A stretch of 63,447 nucleotides of DNA, counting the filler, from Octopus bimaculoides (Eukaryota): NCBI RefSeq assembly GCF_001194135.2. It is 5 parts of 5 records of this genome, joined end to end, with 100 filler letters (N's around TTAATTAATTAA, not from the genome) between each part and the next. Parts side by side here need not be neighbours in the genome. Positions count along the whole stretch, not along the records: positions 1 to 23,756 come from NC_069006.1; 4 more parts are not named here. One strand, written 5' to 3'. The notes under the pieces are model-generated. The model was given only the letters and a program-made list of their open reading frames with translations, was not told the DNA's origin and ran no database searches. The position numbers and the translations under genes were made by a program. Below are positions 1 through 14,043 of this stretch, piece by piece; position 1 is the stretch's first letter, and the number at the start of each line of letters is the position of its first letter.

Positions 1-995
1 TAACAGAAGAAACTAAATTCGCTTGCCTCCGAAAATCACTCTCCCTTTTGCTGACGATTGCACGCTTGCACGAAACTTGACATCCAGCGGATATGTCTAT
101 GCTTATACCAACATTGTATATAAGTATATTTTTACATGTATATCGAACGTGAATATTTTACATGTGCATCCGATCATTATATAATATGATCTACGCATCT
201 TATGGGCACAAGATTTTCTGCGAGAAAAAAAAAAAAAAAAAAAAAAAAATTGAGATATATTTCTAAATAATATAATATAAATTACGTGCCAGACACGGGT
301 AGAGTATGCTAATGTAGGATGAAATCAGTGGAATTTCAATTTAATCGGTCGTATTTCTCCGCTAGGCGGTGAAAATCAATCTGACACCCCACTCCGCGAT
401 TCGGTAACTTAAACTTTTCAAACCGAACAAAATAGATATGTCAGCCGAGCCTATTTCAATCTTTCCGCTTCGCTGACGTGTACACGTTTGCACGAAACCC
501 GAGATCTAACGGTCCGAGAAGTACATATCTGTATGTGTGGGAGCGTGTGTGAGTACCTCTCACTGTGCGTCTATGTATATATGTATATATATATATACAC
601 ACATATATATATGTGAGAGAGAGAAAGAGAAACGCATATCTACACAAATATATAGATGCGTATATATATAAATGTGTGGACATATACACACATATGTATA
701 CATGTGTGCGTGAGTACTCACATATGCAAAATATACAGCAAGAATAAAAGTTTCATTACCATTAAAACGGTATATAAAGTATTTATTCTCCATTAGGCTA
801 CAATTTTGCTTTATAAATTTCTATTACTGTTCTGTTTGCGAATGTATTCTAATAGATGGAAAGACGGGCGAATATTCATTGGTCAGGTCACGGTTTTTTC
901 CCTATTCAATTGTCCGAGTATGTCTAATTAAAACTGCTCGTTGTGGTCCACGCAGCAGTCTGTATCAACAGCGGAGTAGTAGACGTGCTATTCTA

Positions 996-1118
996 AGGAC
1001 CCCGAAAGGATGAAAAGCAAAGTCGATCTTTGGCGGAATTTGAGCACAACGTAAAGTCGGAAGAAATACTGCTAAGCAATTCGTCCGGCGTACCAACGAC
1101 TCCGCCAGCTCGCAGCTT
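996..1118 (-). mobile_element. tRNA-derived SINE (Meta/MESC-like core), partial
   Basis: Reverse complement contains TTTCATCCTTTCGGGGTC plus a tRNA-like head. Confidence 0.7.
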
Positions 1119-1184
1119 CATTATAATATTAACAACAACAATATTAATAATAATAATAATAATAATAAATATTATTATTATTAT

Positions 1185-1411
1185 TTCTTTATTGCCCACA
1201 AGGGGCTAAACATAGAGGGGACAAACAAGGACAGACAAAGGGATTAAGTCGATTACATCAACCCCAGTGCGTAACTGGTACTTAATTTATCGACCCCGAA
1301 AGGATGAAAGGCAAAGTCGACCTCGGCGAAATTTGAACTCAGAACGTAAAGACAGGCGAAATACCGCTAAGCATTTCGTCCAGCGTGCTAACGTTTCTGC
1401 CAGCTCCACCT
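1185..1411 (-). mobile_element. tRNA-derived SINE (Meta/MESC-like core), near full length
   Basis: GAGTTCAAATT B-box; GCCTTTCATCCTTTCGGGGTCGATAAATTAAGTACCAG core; (AAT)n flanks. Confidence 0.85.
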
Positions 1412-2606
1412 TTATAATAATAATGATAATAATAATAATAATTCCTTTCGTTTGCGACAAGGGTTGTGANNNNNNNNNNNNNNNNNNNNNNNNNNNNNNN
1501 NNNNNNNNNNNNNNNNNNNNNNNNNNNNNNNNNNNNNNNNNNNNNNNNNNNNNNNNNNNNNNNNNNNNNNNNNNNNNNNNNNNNNNNNNNNNNNNNNNNN
1601 NNNNNNNNNNNNNNNNNNNNNNNNNNNNNNNNNNNNNNNNNNNNNNNNNNNNNNNNNNNNNNNNNNNNNNNNNNNNNNNNNNNNNNNNNNNNNNNNNNNN
1701 NNNNNNNNNNNNNNNNNNNNNNNNNNNNNNNNNNNNNNNNNNNNNNNNNNNNNNNNNNNNNNNNNNNNNNNNNNNNNNNNNNNNNNNNNNNNNNNNNNNN
1801 NNNNNNNNNNNNNNNNNNNNNNNNNNNNNNNNNNNNNNNNNNNNNNNNNNNNNNNNNNNNNNNNNNNNNNNNNNNNNNNNNNNNNNNNNNNNNNNNNNNN
1901 NNNNNNNNNNNNNNNNNNNNNNNNNNNNNNNNNNNNNNNNNNNNNNNNNNNNNNNNNNNNNNNNNNNNNNNNNNNNNNNNNNNNNNNNNNNNNNNNNNNN
2001 NNNNNNNNNNNNNNNNNNNNNNNNNNNNNNNNNNNNNNNNNNNNNNNNNNNNNNNNNNNNNNNNNNNNNNNNNNNNNNNNNNNNNNNNNNNNNNNNNNNN
2101 NNNNNNNNNNNNNNNNNNNNNNNNNNNNNNNNNNNNNNNNNNNNNNNNNNNNNNNNNNNNNNNNNNNNNNNNNNNNNNNNNNNNNNNNNNNNNNNNNNNN
2201 NNNNNNNNNNNNNNNNNNNNNNNNNNNNNNNNNNNNNNNNNNNNNNNNNNNNNNNNNNNNNNNNNNNNNNNNNNNNNNNNNNNNNNNNNNGGTAGTAGTC
2301 TAATTTGCATCAAGACACACCGCATTATTTCCCACCTACGCTGTTTTTTTTTTGTTTTACCTTTCTACTTGCTTCAGTGATTGGACTGCGGCCTTGAAGG
2401 TTTTAGTGGAACCTATCGACCCCAAAGCTTACGGTTTTTTTTTTTACAAATAAATATACTGGTCCTAATTCTGTCGTTACGGATGGTTGGGTATAAATCA
2501 ATCTATATCGATTCTCGAGCAGTGGCAGGGGACCGCCAAAGTTGATATTTGAGATCGACGGGGCCTTGAGGCGCGACGGAATTTCGTGTAGCCCGCGTAG
2601 CTCAAA

Positions 2607-2639
<33 letters not shown>

Positions 2640-3499
2640 CATATATATACACACATACACACTCATTTGTTTTTTAGGAAATTACATATCATATGTGTGT
2701 GTGTGTATGTATGTATGTATATGTCTGTGCGTATATAGAGCTGGTACATGAAATGTTGGAAAGCTTAAGTCATCTTGTGTTGTTTTTAGAGAGATATGAT
2801 GAACATCATAAAGAATAAAAATATAAAATAATGCAAAGAAAGCAAGAAAAAGAGATTGTAACGAACATACAGAATGATTTCCATTCTCTTGTATGGTAGA
2901 CTCAGCTGTAAGACATCACAGACAAACAAAGATAGAGTGCAAGGGTGGGATTGAGTGGGACACTAATATATGTGCGCGCGCGGTGTATATGCATGCGTGT
3001 GTGTGTATGTATAAGTGTGTTTATGGATGTGTATATAGATATGTAAGTATATCTCTGTGTGTGTGTATATACACATATATATAAGTATTGATTATATATA
3101 GGTTACAGTCTTACACACACGTGTGCACGTGTGTATGTATATCTATCTATTAGTCTGTCTGTCTGTCTGTCTATCAGTCTGTCTGAGTCAGTCAATCTAT
3201 GTATCTATCTATCTATCTATCAATCTATCAGCCTGTCTCTCCGTCTGTATGTGTGCGTGTGAATGGACGTAAAAACGTATAAATATACACGCGTACACAA
3301 ATATAGTGTATATATATATATGCTTATATTTATACATATGTATTCATACTCATACGAATCGTGTTACACAAACACAAACTCACACACGCCTGCACCTCAA
3401 AGCGAAACAAGATGTGTATTGTGTCTGTATCATTGCTTTTTCTTAAAAATATTCCAACATTGAGAATACGAACTTCAACTTTATATAGCCAACTAAATG

Positions 3500-3680
3500 G
3501 CGCTCAAATTCCCCTACAAACTGGGAACCCGTTAACCCGTACCTCTGAGCTCAAATGCTGCCGAGTTTGACTCTGCCTTTCATCCTTTCGATCTCGCTAA
3601 AATCAGTACCAGTTGGCTACTGGTGTCGACGTAATCACCCCTTCTTCCAAAATTTCTGGGTTCAGGCCAAAATTTGAACC
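3500..3680 (+). mobile_element. Degenerate Meta-like SINE
   Basis: GCCTTTCATCCTTTCG..AAAATCAGTACCAG. Confidence 0.65.
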
Positions 3681-4065
3681 CTATAAGCACGTGCGCACTC
3701 GCGTGTGTGTGTGTGCACATGTTTTATGTATGTATAATCTACAGATGCCAACAGAATATTTTAAAGTGCTGATGTGTCTTTCTCGGTAAGAATTAAATAT
3801 CATTTAAGCTGAAAGAAACTGAAGATATTTACAACGAGATGCTATTGATAAAAGTTCATTGAAGAGTTCAATCGATAAGTTCAATAGCCAATTGCTGCGA
3901 CGATAAGTAGTCGAACATTTCCAATCACAGTCCTTCATCGAACTACAAAGAAATTGAGCAAATGGCTTTGTGGTTAGGGTTTTAGGTAAGAAAAATCAAT
4001 GGGTGAATCGAGTTGTGTTTCAAAACGCTTCTCTATAATTTTGGGGTGAATTACTCTGTGAGATT

Positions 4066-4262
4066 AGTGGTCAGAGTGTTGCATTGCACCCACAATCACG
4101 AAATCGAGGTTTCGATTCCCGGACAGGTCGATGCTTCATTTTGTTTGAGCAAAATATTTCATATCACGTTGCTTTGCGATCACTTTTGACACCTGATGTG
4201 TGGCACACCGTGCACCTGTACAGGCAATATCGATTCGATGGAAGGACTGAGCTGAGGTACAA
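4066..4262 (+). mobile_element. tRNA-derived SINE
   Basis: GGTTTCGATTCCCGG B-box; TTGAGCAAAATATTTCATATCACG body shared with 5790-6028. Confidence 0.65.
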
Positions 4263-4444
4263 CTAACATTTAACCATTATAAACAAAACGTACGTGCAGT
4301 TTTCTCAATAAGATGTAGGAGAACTGTTATCTGTCGTCTACAAAAGTTAGTCCATACACACAAAACTACTTTCTTTTTTGGGCTTTACACGTATGATCGT
4401 AGGGTCGTGGTTTCGATTCCTGGACCGTAAACAAAGACACACAC

Positions 4445-4640
4445 AGACACACAGATCGCTAGCCACAACACATTCTTTATTTTCTCTCCTTGTTTCTTTC
4501 TGTGTTCCTTTCTGTGGAAGAGCGTAGACTCGAAACGTTAAAGACTTTTTCACTTCCCAAGCGTTATACTAATACATCTGTTTGTTGTCTACACCACCTG
4601 CCTTCGTCTTTTGTTGTTTTTTTTGTGAATTCTCCCTATA
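4445..4640 (+). mobile_element. Terminal fragment of the 39-41 kb Penelope-like family, with hammerhead-like motif at 4508-4543
   Basis: CTTT-CTGTGGA-A-GAGC..ACTC-GAAACGTT-AAAG; flanks match the left end of the 39125-41105 element. Confidence 0.6.
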
Positions 4641-4663
4641 TATACATACATACATATATATAT

Positions 4664-4760
4664 ATATACACGACAGGCTTTTTTTTCAGTTTCTTTCTAC
4701 CATATCCACTCACAAGGCTCTGGTCGGACCCAGGTTATAACAGAAGCAACTTCTCCAAGG
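4664..4760 (-). mobile_element. SINE fragment, same family as 61770-62240
   Basis: TTTCAGTTTC..ATCCACTCACAAGGCT..GGTCGG. Confidence 0.7.
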
Positions 4761-5789
4761 NNNNNNNNNNNNNNNNNNNNNNNNNNNNNNNNNNNNNNNN
4801 NNNNNNNNNNNNNNNNNNNNNNNNNNNNNNNNNNNNNNNNNNNNNNNNNNNNNNNNNNNNNNNNNNNNNNNNNNNNNNNNNNNNNNNNNNNNNNNNNNNN
4901 NNNNNNNNNNNNNNNNNNNNNNNNNNNNNNNNNNNNNNNNNNNNNNNNNNNNNNNNNNNNNNNNNNNNNNNNNNNNNNNNNNNNNNNNNNNNNNNNNNNN
5001 NNNNNNNNNNNNNNNNNNNNNNNNNNNNNNNNNNNNNNNNNNNNNNNNNNNNNNNNNNNNNNNNNNNNNNNNNNNNNNNNNNNNNNNNNNNNNNNNNNNN
5101 NNNNNNNNNNNNNNNNNNNNNNNNNNNNNNNNNNNNNNNNNNNNNNNNNNNNNNNNNNNNNNNNNNNNNNNNNNNNNNNNNNNNNNNNNNNNNNNNNNNN
5201 NNNNNNNNNNNNNNNNNNNNNNNNNNNNNNNNNNNNNNNNNNNNNNNNNNNNNNNNNNNNNNNNNNNNNNNNNNNNNNNNNNNNNNNNNNNNNNNNNNNN
5301 NNNNNNNNNNNNNNNNNNNNNNNNNNNNNNNNNNNNNNNNNNNNNNNNNNNNNNNNNNNNNNNNNNNNNNNNNNNNNNNNNNNNNNNNNNNNNNNNNNNN
5401 NNNNNNNNNNNNNNNNNNNNNNNNNNNNNNNNNNNNNNNNNNNNNNNNNNNNNNNNNNNNNNNNNNNNNNNNNNNNNNNNNNNNNNNNNNNNNNNNNNNN
5501 NNNNNNNNNNNNNNNNNNNNNNNNNNNNNNNNNNNNNNNNNNNNNNNNNNNNNNNNNNNNNNNNNNNNNNNNNNNNNNNNCTTAATAAGTGCAAATGCGC
5601 TACTCTCGACCCCCGAGTTACCCTCTAGCTTGTGCTGATTATTAATAAAATTTTTAAAAAAGGGTCGGGGGTATATATAGTCATGTTTTGTGTTCTATTT
5701 TCTTTTTTGCATCATCAAAACACTGTGTGTGTGTGTGCATCATTATTTGTAATATCTCTTTCTAGATGCACGCAACCAAGAAAAATATA

Positions 5790-6028
5790 GTAAAGTTACC
5801 TTCTCGAGAAGGGCCGCTTTCCTGGTTTCCGTAGCGTATATATTTCCCACCTGGACAGGAGGCCGGTCCGTCACAGGATTACTCATTTTTACCAGCTGAG
5901 TGGACTGGAACAATGTGAAATGAAATGTTTTGCTCAAGAACACAACGCGTTACCCGGTCCAGGAATCGAAACCAAAATCTTACGATCATGAGACCAAACA
6001 CCGTAACCACTAAGCCATGCGCCTCCAC
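5790..6028 (-). mobile_element. tRNA-derived SINE, full length
   Basis: GTGGAGGCGCATGGCTTAGTGG head, GGTTTCGATTCC B-box, ..CTCGAGAAGGTAACTTTAC tail; same family as 54560-54812 and 11455-11598. Confidence 0.85.
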
Positions 6029-6559
6029 AGACACAATCAAGTTTATGCATATATTCACTTAAAGATTCTCAGATGGTGAATCTTAAAAATTTTTTTTTTT
6101 GAAATTTTAACTGTGCCGCTAATAGACCGGGTTTGAAGGAGGCTTGTCAGTTTCTTTTGCTCTGAGAAAATCCTAACACTTCTAGGTTATTGAGCAAAAT
6201 CCATACTTACATAGCCTAATGCACTCACGATGATAGGCACCGCTGTATATAAGGATGCAAACATGTATCTATCCATGTGTACATGTACACACTTGTGTAC
6301 ATTTTGACTTTTATTTTCCTTGTTAATTGCTGTGATTTGAGCACACTTGCAAAGATGATCATTACTTTGTTATTATTTCACACAGGAAATTAAACATCTA
6401 TTACTCTGTCTATCTATCTATCTATCTATCTATCTAATCTGTGTTCAGCCCTGTGTGGCTAATAAAGAAAGTTATCTATCTATCTATCTAAAGTAGAAAA
6501 TGCTAAATTAATTTTATAAAACACATTTCAGTACCGGTTTCAGTCATTGAGACTTTTTT

Positions 6560-6880
6560 TAACTGTAAGTATGGAGAACAATTAAATTTTGGAAAAATTA
6601 CCTCGCAAGTTTTTCAAAACTAGGTATTACTTGCACAAGCAATCCTTCTCTAATCATAAGACAATTCGACGTCACTGTCGAAGTACATATGAAAACTCAA
6701 AATTTTATGGACATCGAATGTAAACTTAAATGGCGTATTTTAATCTTTGTGAAACCATACGAGTTTCGGTGGCGTGAATCTCGTTTATGCACACGTGAAG
6801 CTATATAAATCATGCTAACTTATAATAACTTATTAACGAAAAGGAATGAGCTTTTAGTTAATTGCAAACATAAAATACTA
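6560..6880 (+). mobile_element. Penelope-like endonuclease C-terminal remnant
   Basis: HKQSF, then KLKWRILIFVKPYE..RLCTREAI*IMLTYNNLLTKRNELLVNCKHK. Confidence 0.72.
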
Positions 6881-7467
6881 AAACAATTTAAATATTACAT
6901 AACTAGAGTGTGCATGATTATGGTATCGGGGTGTAATACATTTACATAGCGGTTGCATAACTGACATCAGCCAATTGCATTCGTTACTGATGGCATAAAC
7001 GCAAACACAAGCATATATATGCACATATACACAAAAACACAGTTACACACGCAGACACACACTAATAAAAACAAACAACGTCTGCTGAGTGAATTTCAGA
7101 TGAAAAGAAGAATAAAATTGAACTCGGGGGAATAAATAAATCAGTGACGTGATGTCGGGATGGATGACGTGGTGTCGAAGACGGAAGATGAGAGAAGAGG
7201 ACGGAACAGCAATGGAGGTAGAAGAGGAGGAGGAGGAGGAGGAGGAGAAGACGGAAAGGAGAAAACGAACGAGATGGTAGGAAGAGGAAGGTGGAGGGAA
7301 GGAAAAAAAATCGAGGGGGGAGAAAAAAGTGATGAAGGAAGAAAAAGGAAGGGGTAAGAGAAGAAGGAAAAATAGGGGAAGGAGAAAAAAGGGAGAGAAG
7401 ACGGAGAGGAAATGGAAGTTCAACAAAATGAAAAGAAATCTAAGTATATATATATATATATATATAT

Positions 7468-7519
<52 letters not shown>

Positions 7520-7849
7520 NNNNNNNNNNNNNNNNNNNNNNNNNNNNNNNNNNNNNNNNNNNNNNNNNNNNNNNNNNNNNNNNNNNNNNNNNNNNNNNNN
7601 NNNNNNNNNNNNNNNNNNNNNNNNNNNNNNNNNNNNNNNNNNNNNNNNNNNNNNNNNNNNNNNNNNNNNNNNNNNNNNNNNNNNNNNNNNNNNNNNNNNN
7701 NNNNNNNNNNNNNNNNNNNNNNNNNNNNNNNNNNNNNNNNNNNNNNNNNNNNNNNNNNNNNNNNNNNNNNNNGCTGACAATTCTGCCAGCAAGCCGCCTT
7801 AATAATGATAATAATGACAGCATCAATAACAACAACAATAATAATAACA

Positions 7850-8032
7850 ATCCTTTCTACTAGTCAATTACATTGACCCCCCAGTGTTTCACTGGTACAT
7901 AATTCATCGATCGCGAAAGGATGAAAGGCAAAGTCGACTTCTGCGGAATTTGAACTCAGAACGTAGCGACGGGCGAAATACTGCTAAGCATTTTAGCATA
8001 CACGTTGACGATTCTCTCAGCTCGATGCCTTA
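7850..8032 (-). mobile_element. Meta-like SINE
   Basis: Matches 1185-1411. Confidence 0.8.
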
Positions 8033-8043
8033 ACAACAACAGC

Positions 8044-8091
<48 letters not shown>

Positions 8092-8223
8092 TAATAGGTC
8101 TCAGGTTTTTGAGGATGGAAATCCCTGTACACAACAATCAGTATATATCGGGGTTGAGTACACAGGTAGGAATTCATCTAATTAGGATGTTAGCTTCGTA
8201 GAAATCTCACGATGGAATAGTGT

Positions 8224-8278
<55 letters not shown>

Positions 8279-9560
8279 AAGAGAGGAGAGATAAACACAT
8301 ACATACCTATTATGATACACACATACAGAAGTTATACCAAATCCACCATACATATGAATTTAGGTTATTTTTACATTATTTCAGACTTCTGACGTTCCAA
8401 AGAACTTTATAGTTATCTACATTACAGATATTTCGTACATACGTCCGTACGTACATAGTAGCTGTTTTCTCGTATATGAACAAAGCCATTGCTAGAACGA
8501 GTCACTGAAATGAGTCATTAATGATGCAATGTGAGGCCCTTGTATGACTCTTGATAAATACGTACGTACGTACATACATGAATACATGTGAACTTTGGTG
8601 AAACATTCTCAACAAAACGTCTATCGTCTGCTAAGATAACAAGCTGGATAATCGTTCTTTGGGACAGACAAGTATGAACCTCGTAGAAACCTACTGCCAA
8701 ACTGATGCAAATATCTCTTCGAACAGCAAAGACAAAGACAACTGCTTCAAAATCTTCAGTCTTTATACCTAGACCATAAATTCACACTTATAACAATAGC
8801 AATTGGTGTTCTTTATTTTATTAGTAATTACCGAAATGGCATTCTGAAAAAGCTAGGGTTTTCAGAGAAAAAAAACCAACCAGCTAATTCGGGCATTACA
8901 AACACAATCTGTGTTTGTAATGCCCGGTTTCTCATATTAATAAAAAAAAATCTTCCAAATTCCCTTAGATTCAAGCACTGGCATTCTTCACCCTATTAAT
9001 GTTTGAACACCTTTTTGGTCTCGAAATGAAGGCAGTGACGCGATGTTGTCGTGCTTTGTGGAAGTAAATGAGTGATTATGAGTGGTTATTGGCATGTTTT
9101 AACACATGAAAATAGCTTTGCTTTCATAGTGTATTTCATATATGACTTAGCTGTTTCCTGGGTTTTTCGTGCACGTACGTACATGCATGCATGCATACAT
9201 ACATACATGCTTATATAAAGTCTACAGGCAAACTCCAGAGATACACAATACTGAACACACGCAGTAGTGCTCAAGTAATCTCCACTCCCACTCTGAGTCT
9301 AAGAGAAAGCAAGGTAAGTGTATACACACATACATAGTATATGTGTGTATACATATACATATATGTACACGTGTGTATGTACATACATACATGTATGTAT
9401 GTATAGTTAGATGCACATTATAATATAGAAGGTACATATATATTATATATATGTATGCATGTGTGTGTATATATATATTATATATATATATGTTTACATA
9501 CACAGACACATACGTACATGCATGCAAACACACATGCACATAAAAACACACAGCTCATTA

Positions 9561-9596
<36 letters not shown>

Positions 9597-10058
9597 CTAA
9601 CTTAAAAATTTTATTCCAAGGGATGGCGTCGGCGCCCATGGTTGAGAGCCGTGTAGGATGTTAAACGGTGAATGCTTCAGTGATTCATGTTCTTCAAGTT
9701 CAAATCCCATCGGGAACCATCAAATACGTACTATAAAACCGGAGTCGACAATCTCAGCCCTTCTATTCCCCTAGCTTCATCTAAATTACCTTGTGTCTCT
9801 ATAACTGTTTGCACACGCGCATGGAAACACGCGCGTGCGTAGGTATAAAACAGATATTAACAAGCATAAGGCAATTACCTACTATATACATAAAGGGGGT
9901 GCTGTGTGTGTGTCTGTATGCATGCATGTTTGTTTGTATATACGTGCGTGTTCATGTATGCTACAGATGAGGGTATTTTGTGCGTGTGTGGATATATGGC
10001 TGGGTATGTTTGACTTTGATTTCAACTCGGGGTATGTGTATATATGTATGTATGTGTC

Positions 10059-10098
<40 letters not shown>

Positions 10099-10496
10099 NN
10101 NNNNNNNNNNNNNNNNNNNNNNNNNNNNNNNNNNNNNNNNNNNNNNNNNNNNNNNNNNNNNNNNNNNNNNNNNNNNNNNNNNNNNNNNNNNNNNNNNNNN
10201 NNNNNNNNNNNNNNNNNNNNNNNNNNNNNNNNNNNNNNNNNNNNNNNNNNNNNNNNNNNNNNNNNNNNNNNNNNNNNNNNNNNNNNNNNNNNNNNNNNNN
10301 NNNNNNNNNNNNNNNNNNNNNNNNNNNNNNNNNNNNNNNNNNNNNNNNNNNNNNNNNNNNNNNNNNNNNNNNNNNNNNNNNNNNNNNNNNNNNNNNNNNN
10401 NNNNNNNNNNNNNNNNNNNNNNNNNNNNNNNNNNNNNNNNNNNNNNNNNNNNNNNNNNNNNNNNNNNNNNNNNNNNNNNNNNNNNNNNNNNNNNNN

Positions 10497-10541
<45 letters not shown>

Positions 10542-11454
10542 AACATATTTTAGTGCATGCACTCACACACACAAATATAGAGGTATAATAGACACGCACC
10601 CTATATCAGACTATATTATATGAAAAAAAGACACGACTGTGTTTCGGTTAAATCTTTTTTTTTTTTATTAAAGTTTCTTCATATTCCCTTATTAGTAAGT
10701 CCCCTGTGTTTGGTTTGCAATATTAACCTTCCTATAACCATTAACATTTCGAAACCTTATAAGGACATATGAAAATATTTTTAATAAAAGATTAATAAAG
10801 GAGAGAAGAGTCGTCCGTTTAATATAAAATGCTTTGAAAGGGAGCCATTCCCTGTGTATACAGATATTTGCATCTATCTATCTATCGGTGATATATATAT
10901 ACACATACAAACACAACACATAAAATGGCGAACTGGCGAAGAGTAATAAGCATATATGAAGAAGTTAACAAACTAACAGACATATCATTATTCTATTTCA
11001 TCGCAGCAACACCAATAACCGGTTATTAGAATTCAATATATTTATAAAACTCGTAATTCCTAAGTCCTGCGAATTCGCTCATGACCTCACATCCAGACTC
11101 ATCTTGTATTTACTGCAAATCAACTACAAGATGATATATTAGTGGCAGTTTGTTAATTCTCTGATGGAGCCGTAAGATCTCACACTATCATTTACTTCTG
11201 GGTGAACAGTCTGATATGTGGAAACAGATGCAAGCCAATGAATGCGATTAAATAACTACATTTTAAACTATTGTCCTATGAATAAATATATACATTTATA
11301 CATAGATGTATTATATTATTTTATATAGATTACGTATATTTATTATGTACATTATACATACAAAATACGAACCCAGATACACAAATATGTATTATATATA
11401 GATATACAGCTGTGTAACATCTGCATATATGTAATGTGTGTGTGTGTCTGCCAT

Positions 11455-11598
11455 AGGTCAAAGATCGAAGTAATCCCTGATCGATGTGAAATGAAGTGTT
11501 TTGCTCAAAAGCACAACGCTTCGCCCAGTTCTGGAATCGAAACCACGGTCTTGCGATTTTGAGTGCAAGATACTTAATCTATAGGCCACACGCCTTCA
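11455..11598 (-). mobile_element. SINE 5' part
   Basis: Matches the head of 5790-6028. Confidence 0.7.
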
Positions 11599-13035
11599 CG
11601 TTATAACCACAATTACTATTAGCGTCACGTCAGCTACTAATATCCACCAATTTACACCACCACCACTACTACTACTTCACAGATAATAGATACAATAAAC
11701 AATACACCTATTAATTCTAATACTACCACCACCACCACCAACAACATTGGAGGTACAATATCGCCACCGCCACAACAGGTATCAAGAACAGAGCTAACGC
11801 TAGTGGTACCACATTCGTCACAACCATCATCATCATCATCATGAACAGCATTACTCCCACACTATGGGCAACACCACCACCACCGACAACAACAACAACA
11901 CCACCATTATTATCACTAACTCCCCAAACTACCCTCAACTCAACCTCCCCCTCTCTCTCTCTCTTCAACATCACTAACAGCACCAGCCTACCATTTACAA
12001 GCATCATCACAACACGCACCACCACCACCACCGCCGCCGCCGCCAACGAGATCCTTCAGTTATCTTCATCTCTTCTTGTCTTATATTAAAAGAGCCAGAA
12101 AATTCTAAACATTCCACCGAAGAACAAAACAAGAACAAACGAAACAAAAACAATTAAAAAAAGAGGAANNNNNNNNNNCACATGTGCGTAGAGGAATGGT
12201 CAGAAAACCTGTTTCTCTGCATTTTGATGTAAGACTCCCAAGTCAAGCCTCCACCGTCTCCTATACTACCATATACGTAACCATAACCACCACCACGACC
12301 ACCACCACCAACGCTGCCGTCATACAAATACTGAAGCCGTTGGTGCCTCTCAACCGTATCCTCAATTCACTATTTCTCTCTCCCTCTCTGTATCTATCTA
12401 TCTATCTATCTATCTATCTGTCCCTATTTGTCCCCCTTAATAGCTTCTCTTACACATATTTCATCTCTCTTTCTCACATATTCTTTCTCCATCTCACACA
12501 CACACACACACACACACACATTCTCTCTCTTTTTCTGATTCTTCATCTATTTATCTATTTCTCGCACACACACACACACACATGCTCCCTTTCTCCCCCC
12601 CCCCTCTCTCATTTTCTCATCAACTCCCAAAGTCCCTGCTTCGTGTCGTTCGTTATTCCCAAACAGCTGACGTTCTGGAAAAGTGATGGTTGGAGGCGGC
12701 GGCGGGGGCGGCGAAAAGAAGAGGGCCTCTAAATATAGAGAAACAATCAAGGTTTACATTGGAGGTGGGAGCTTCGTTTACGTCGGGTGGATATGTTTGC
12801 TGTGGGACGGTGCGGGTACTCTGCTCAGATGGATATGAAGGATGGGTATACCCTTCCATCCATCCATACATGGATAAAGAGATTGGTAAGTAGATACAGA
12901 GATAGATAGATTGATAGATACATGTATACACGTACATACATGCATATAAGGATAGATTGACAAATGTGTAATAAAGATATATATATATATACATACATAT
13001 ATACATACATATATATACATATACAAATACACATA

Positions 13036-13105
13036 TAGGCGCAGGAGTGGCTGTGTGGTAAGTAGCTTGCTTACCAACCACATGGTTCCGGGTTCAGTCC
13101 CACTG
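13036..13105 (+). mobile_element. SINE tRNA-like head, truncated by a gap
   Basis: TGGCTGTGTGG A-box and GGTTCAGTCC B-box; essentially identical to the head at 62170-62240. Confidence 0.85.
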
Positions 13106-13741
13106 NNNNNNNNNNNNNNNNNNNNNNNNNNNNNNNNNNNNNNNNNNNNNNNNNNNNNNNNNNNNNNNNNNNNNNNNNNNNNNNNNNNNNNNNNNNNNNN
13201 NNNNNNNNNNNNNNNNNNNNNNNNNNNNNNNNNNNNNNNNNNNNNNNNNNNNNNNNNNNNNNNNNNNNNNNNNNNNNNNNNNNNNNNNNNNNNNNNNNNN
13301 NNNNNNNNNNNNNNNNNNNNNNNNNNNNNNNNNNNNNNNNNNNNNNNNNNNNNNNNNNNNNNNNNNNNNNNNNNNNNNNNNNNNNNNNNNNNNNNNNNNN
13401 NNNNNNNNNNNNNNNNNNNNNNNNNNNNNNNNNNNNNNNNNNNNNNNNNNNNNNNNNNNNNNNNNNNNNNNNNNNNNNNNNNNNNNNNNNNNNNNNNNNN
13501 NNNNNNNNNNNNNNNNNNNNNNNNNNNNNNNNNNNNNNNNNNNNNNNNNNNNNNNNNNNNNNNNNNNNNNNNNNNNNNNNNNNNNNNNNNNNNNNNNNNN
13601 NNNNNNNNNNNNNNNNNNNNNNNNNNNNNNNNNNNNNNNNNNNNNNNNNNNNNNNNNNNNNNNNNNNNNNNNNNNNNNNNNNNNNNNNNNNNNNNNNNNN
13701 NNNNNNNNNNNNNNNNNNNNNNNNNNNNNNNNNNNNNNNNN

Positions 13742-13998
13742 CACTTCTTATAAGAAGGTTGAAAGGGTGGCAGTGAGAGGTACGGCAATGGGATAGGATG
13801 AAGTAGCAGGATGAAGAGGTATTGGAGGAACAGTAGGAGGAGGAGTTAGAGGGAGAAAGACAGAAAACGGAGGGAAAGGGACAGACAAGGAGGAAAAGGG
13901 ACAAAGGAGACAGTGAAAGGATAGAAAAAGAGTCGGAAGGGGAAAGAAAGGGTAAGAGGGACAGAAAGAGACAGTGAGATGAAAGGTAGAGAGAAGGG

Positions 13999-14043
<45 letters not shown>

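Noticed and set aside
51-95. CTGACGA..GAAAC..GTC hammerhead-like order
   Set aside because: Stems I and III do not pair, and the sister motif at 473 lacks the core.
13036-13105. tRNA gene
   Set aside because: Multi-copy SINE head continuing into a SINE body, with no full cloverleaf. No genuine tRNA, rRNA or CRISPR array was seen in the window.
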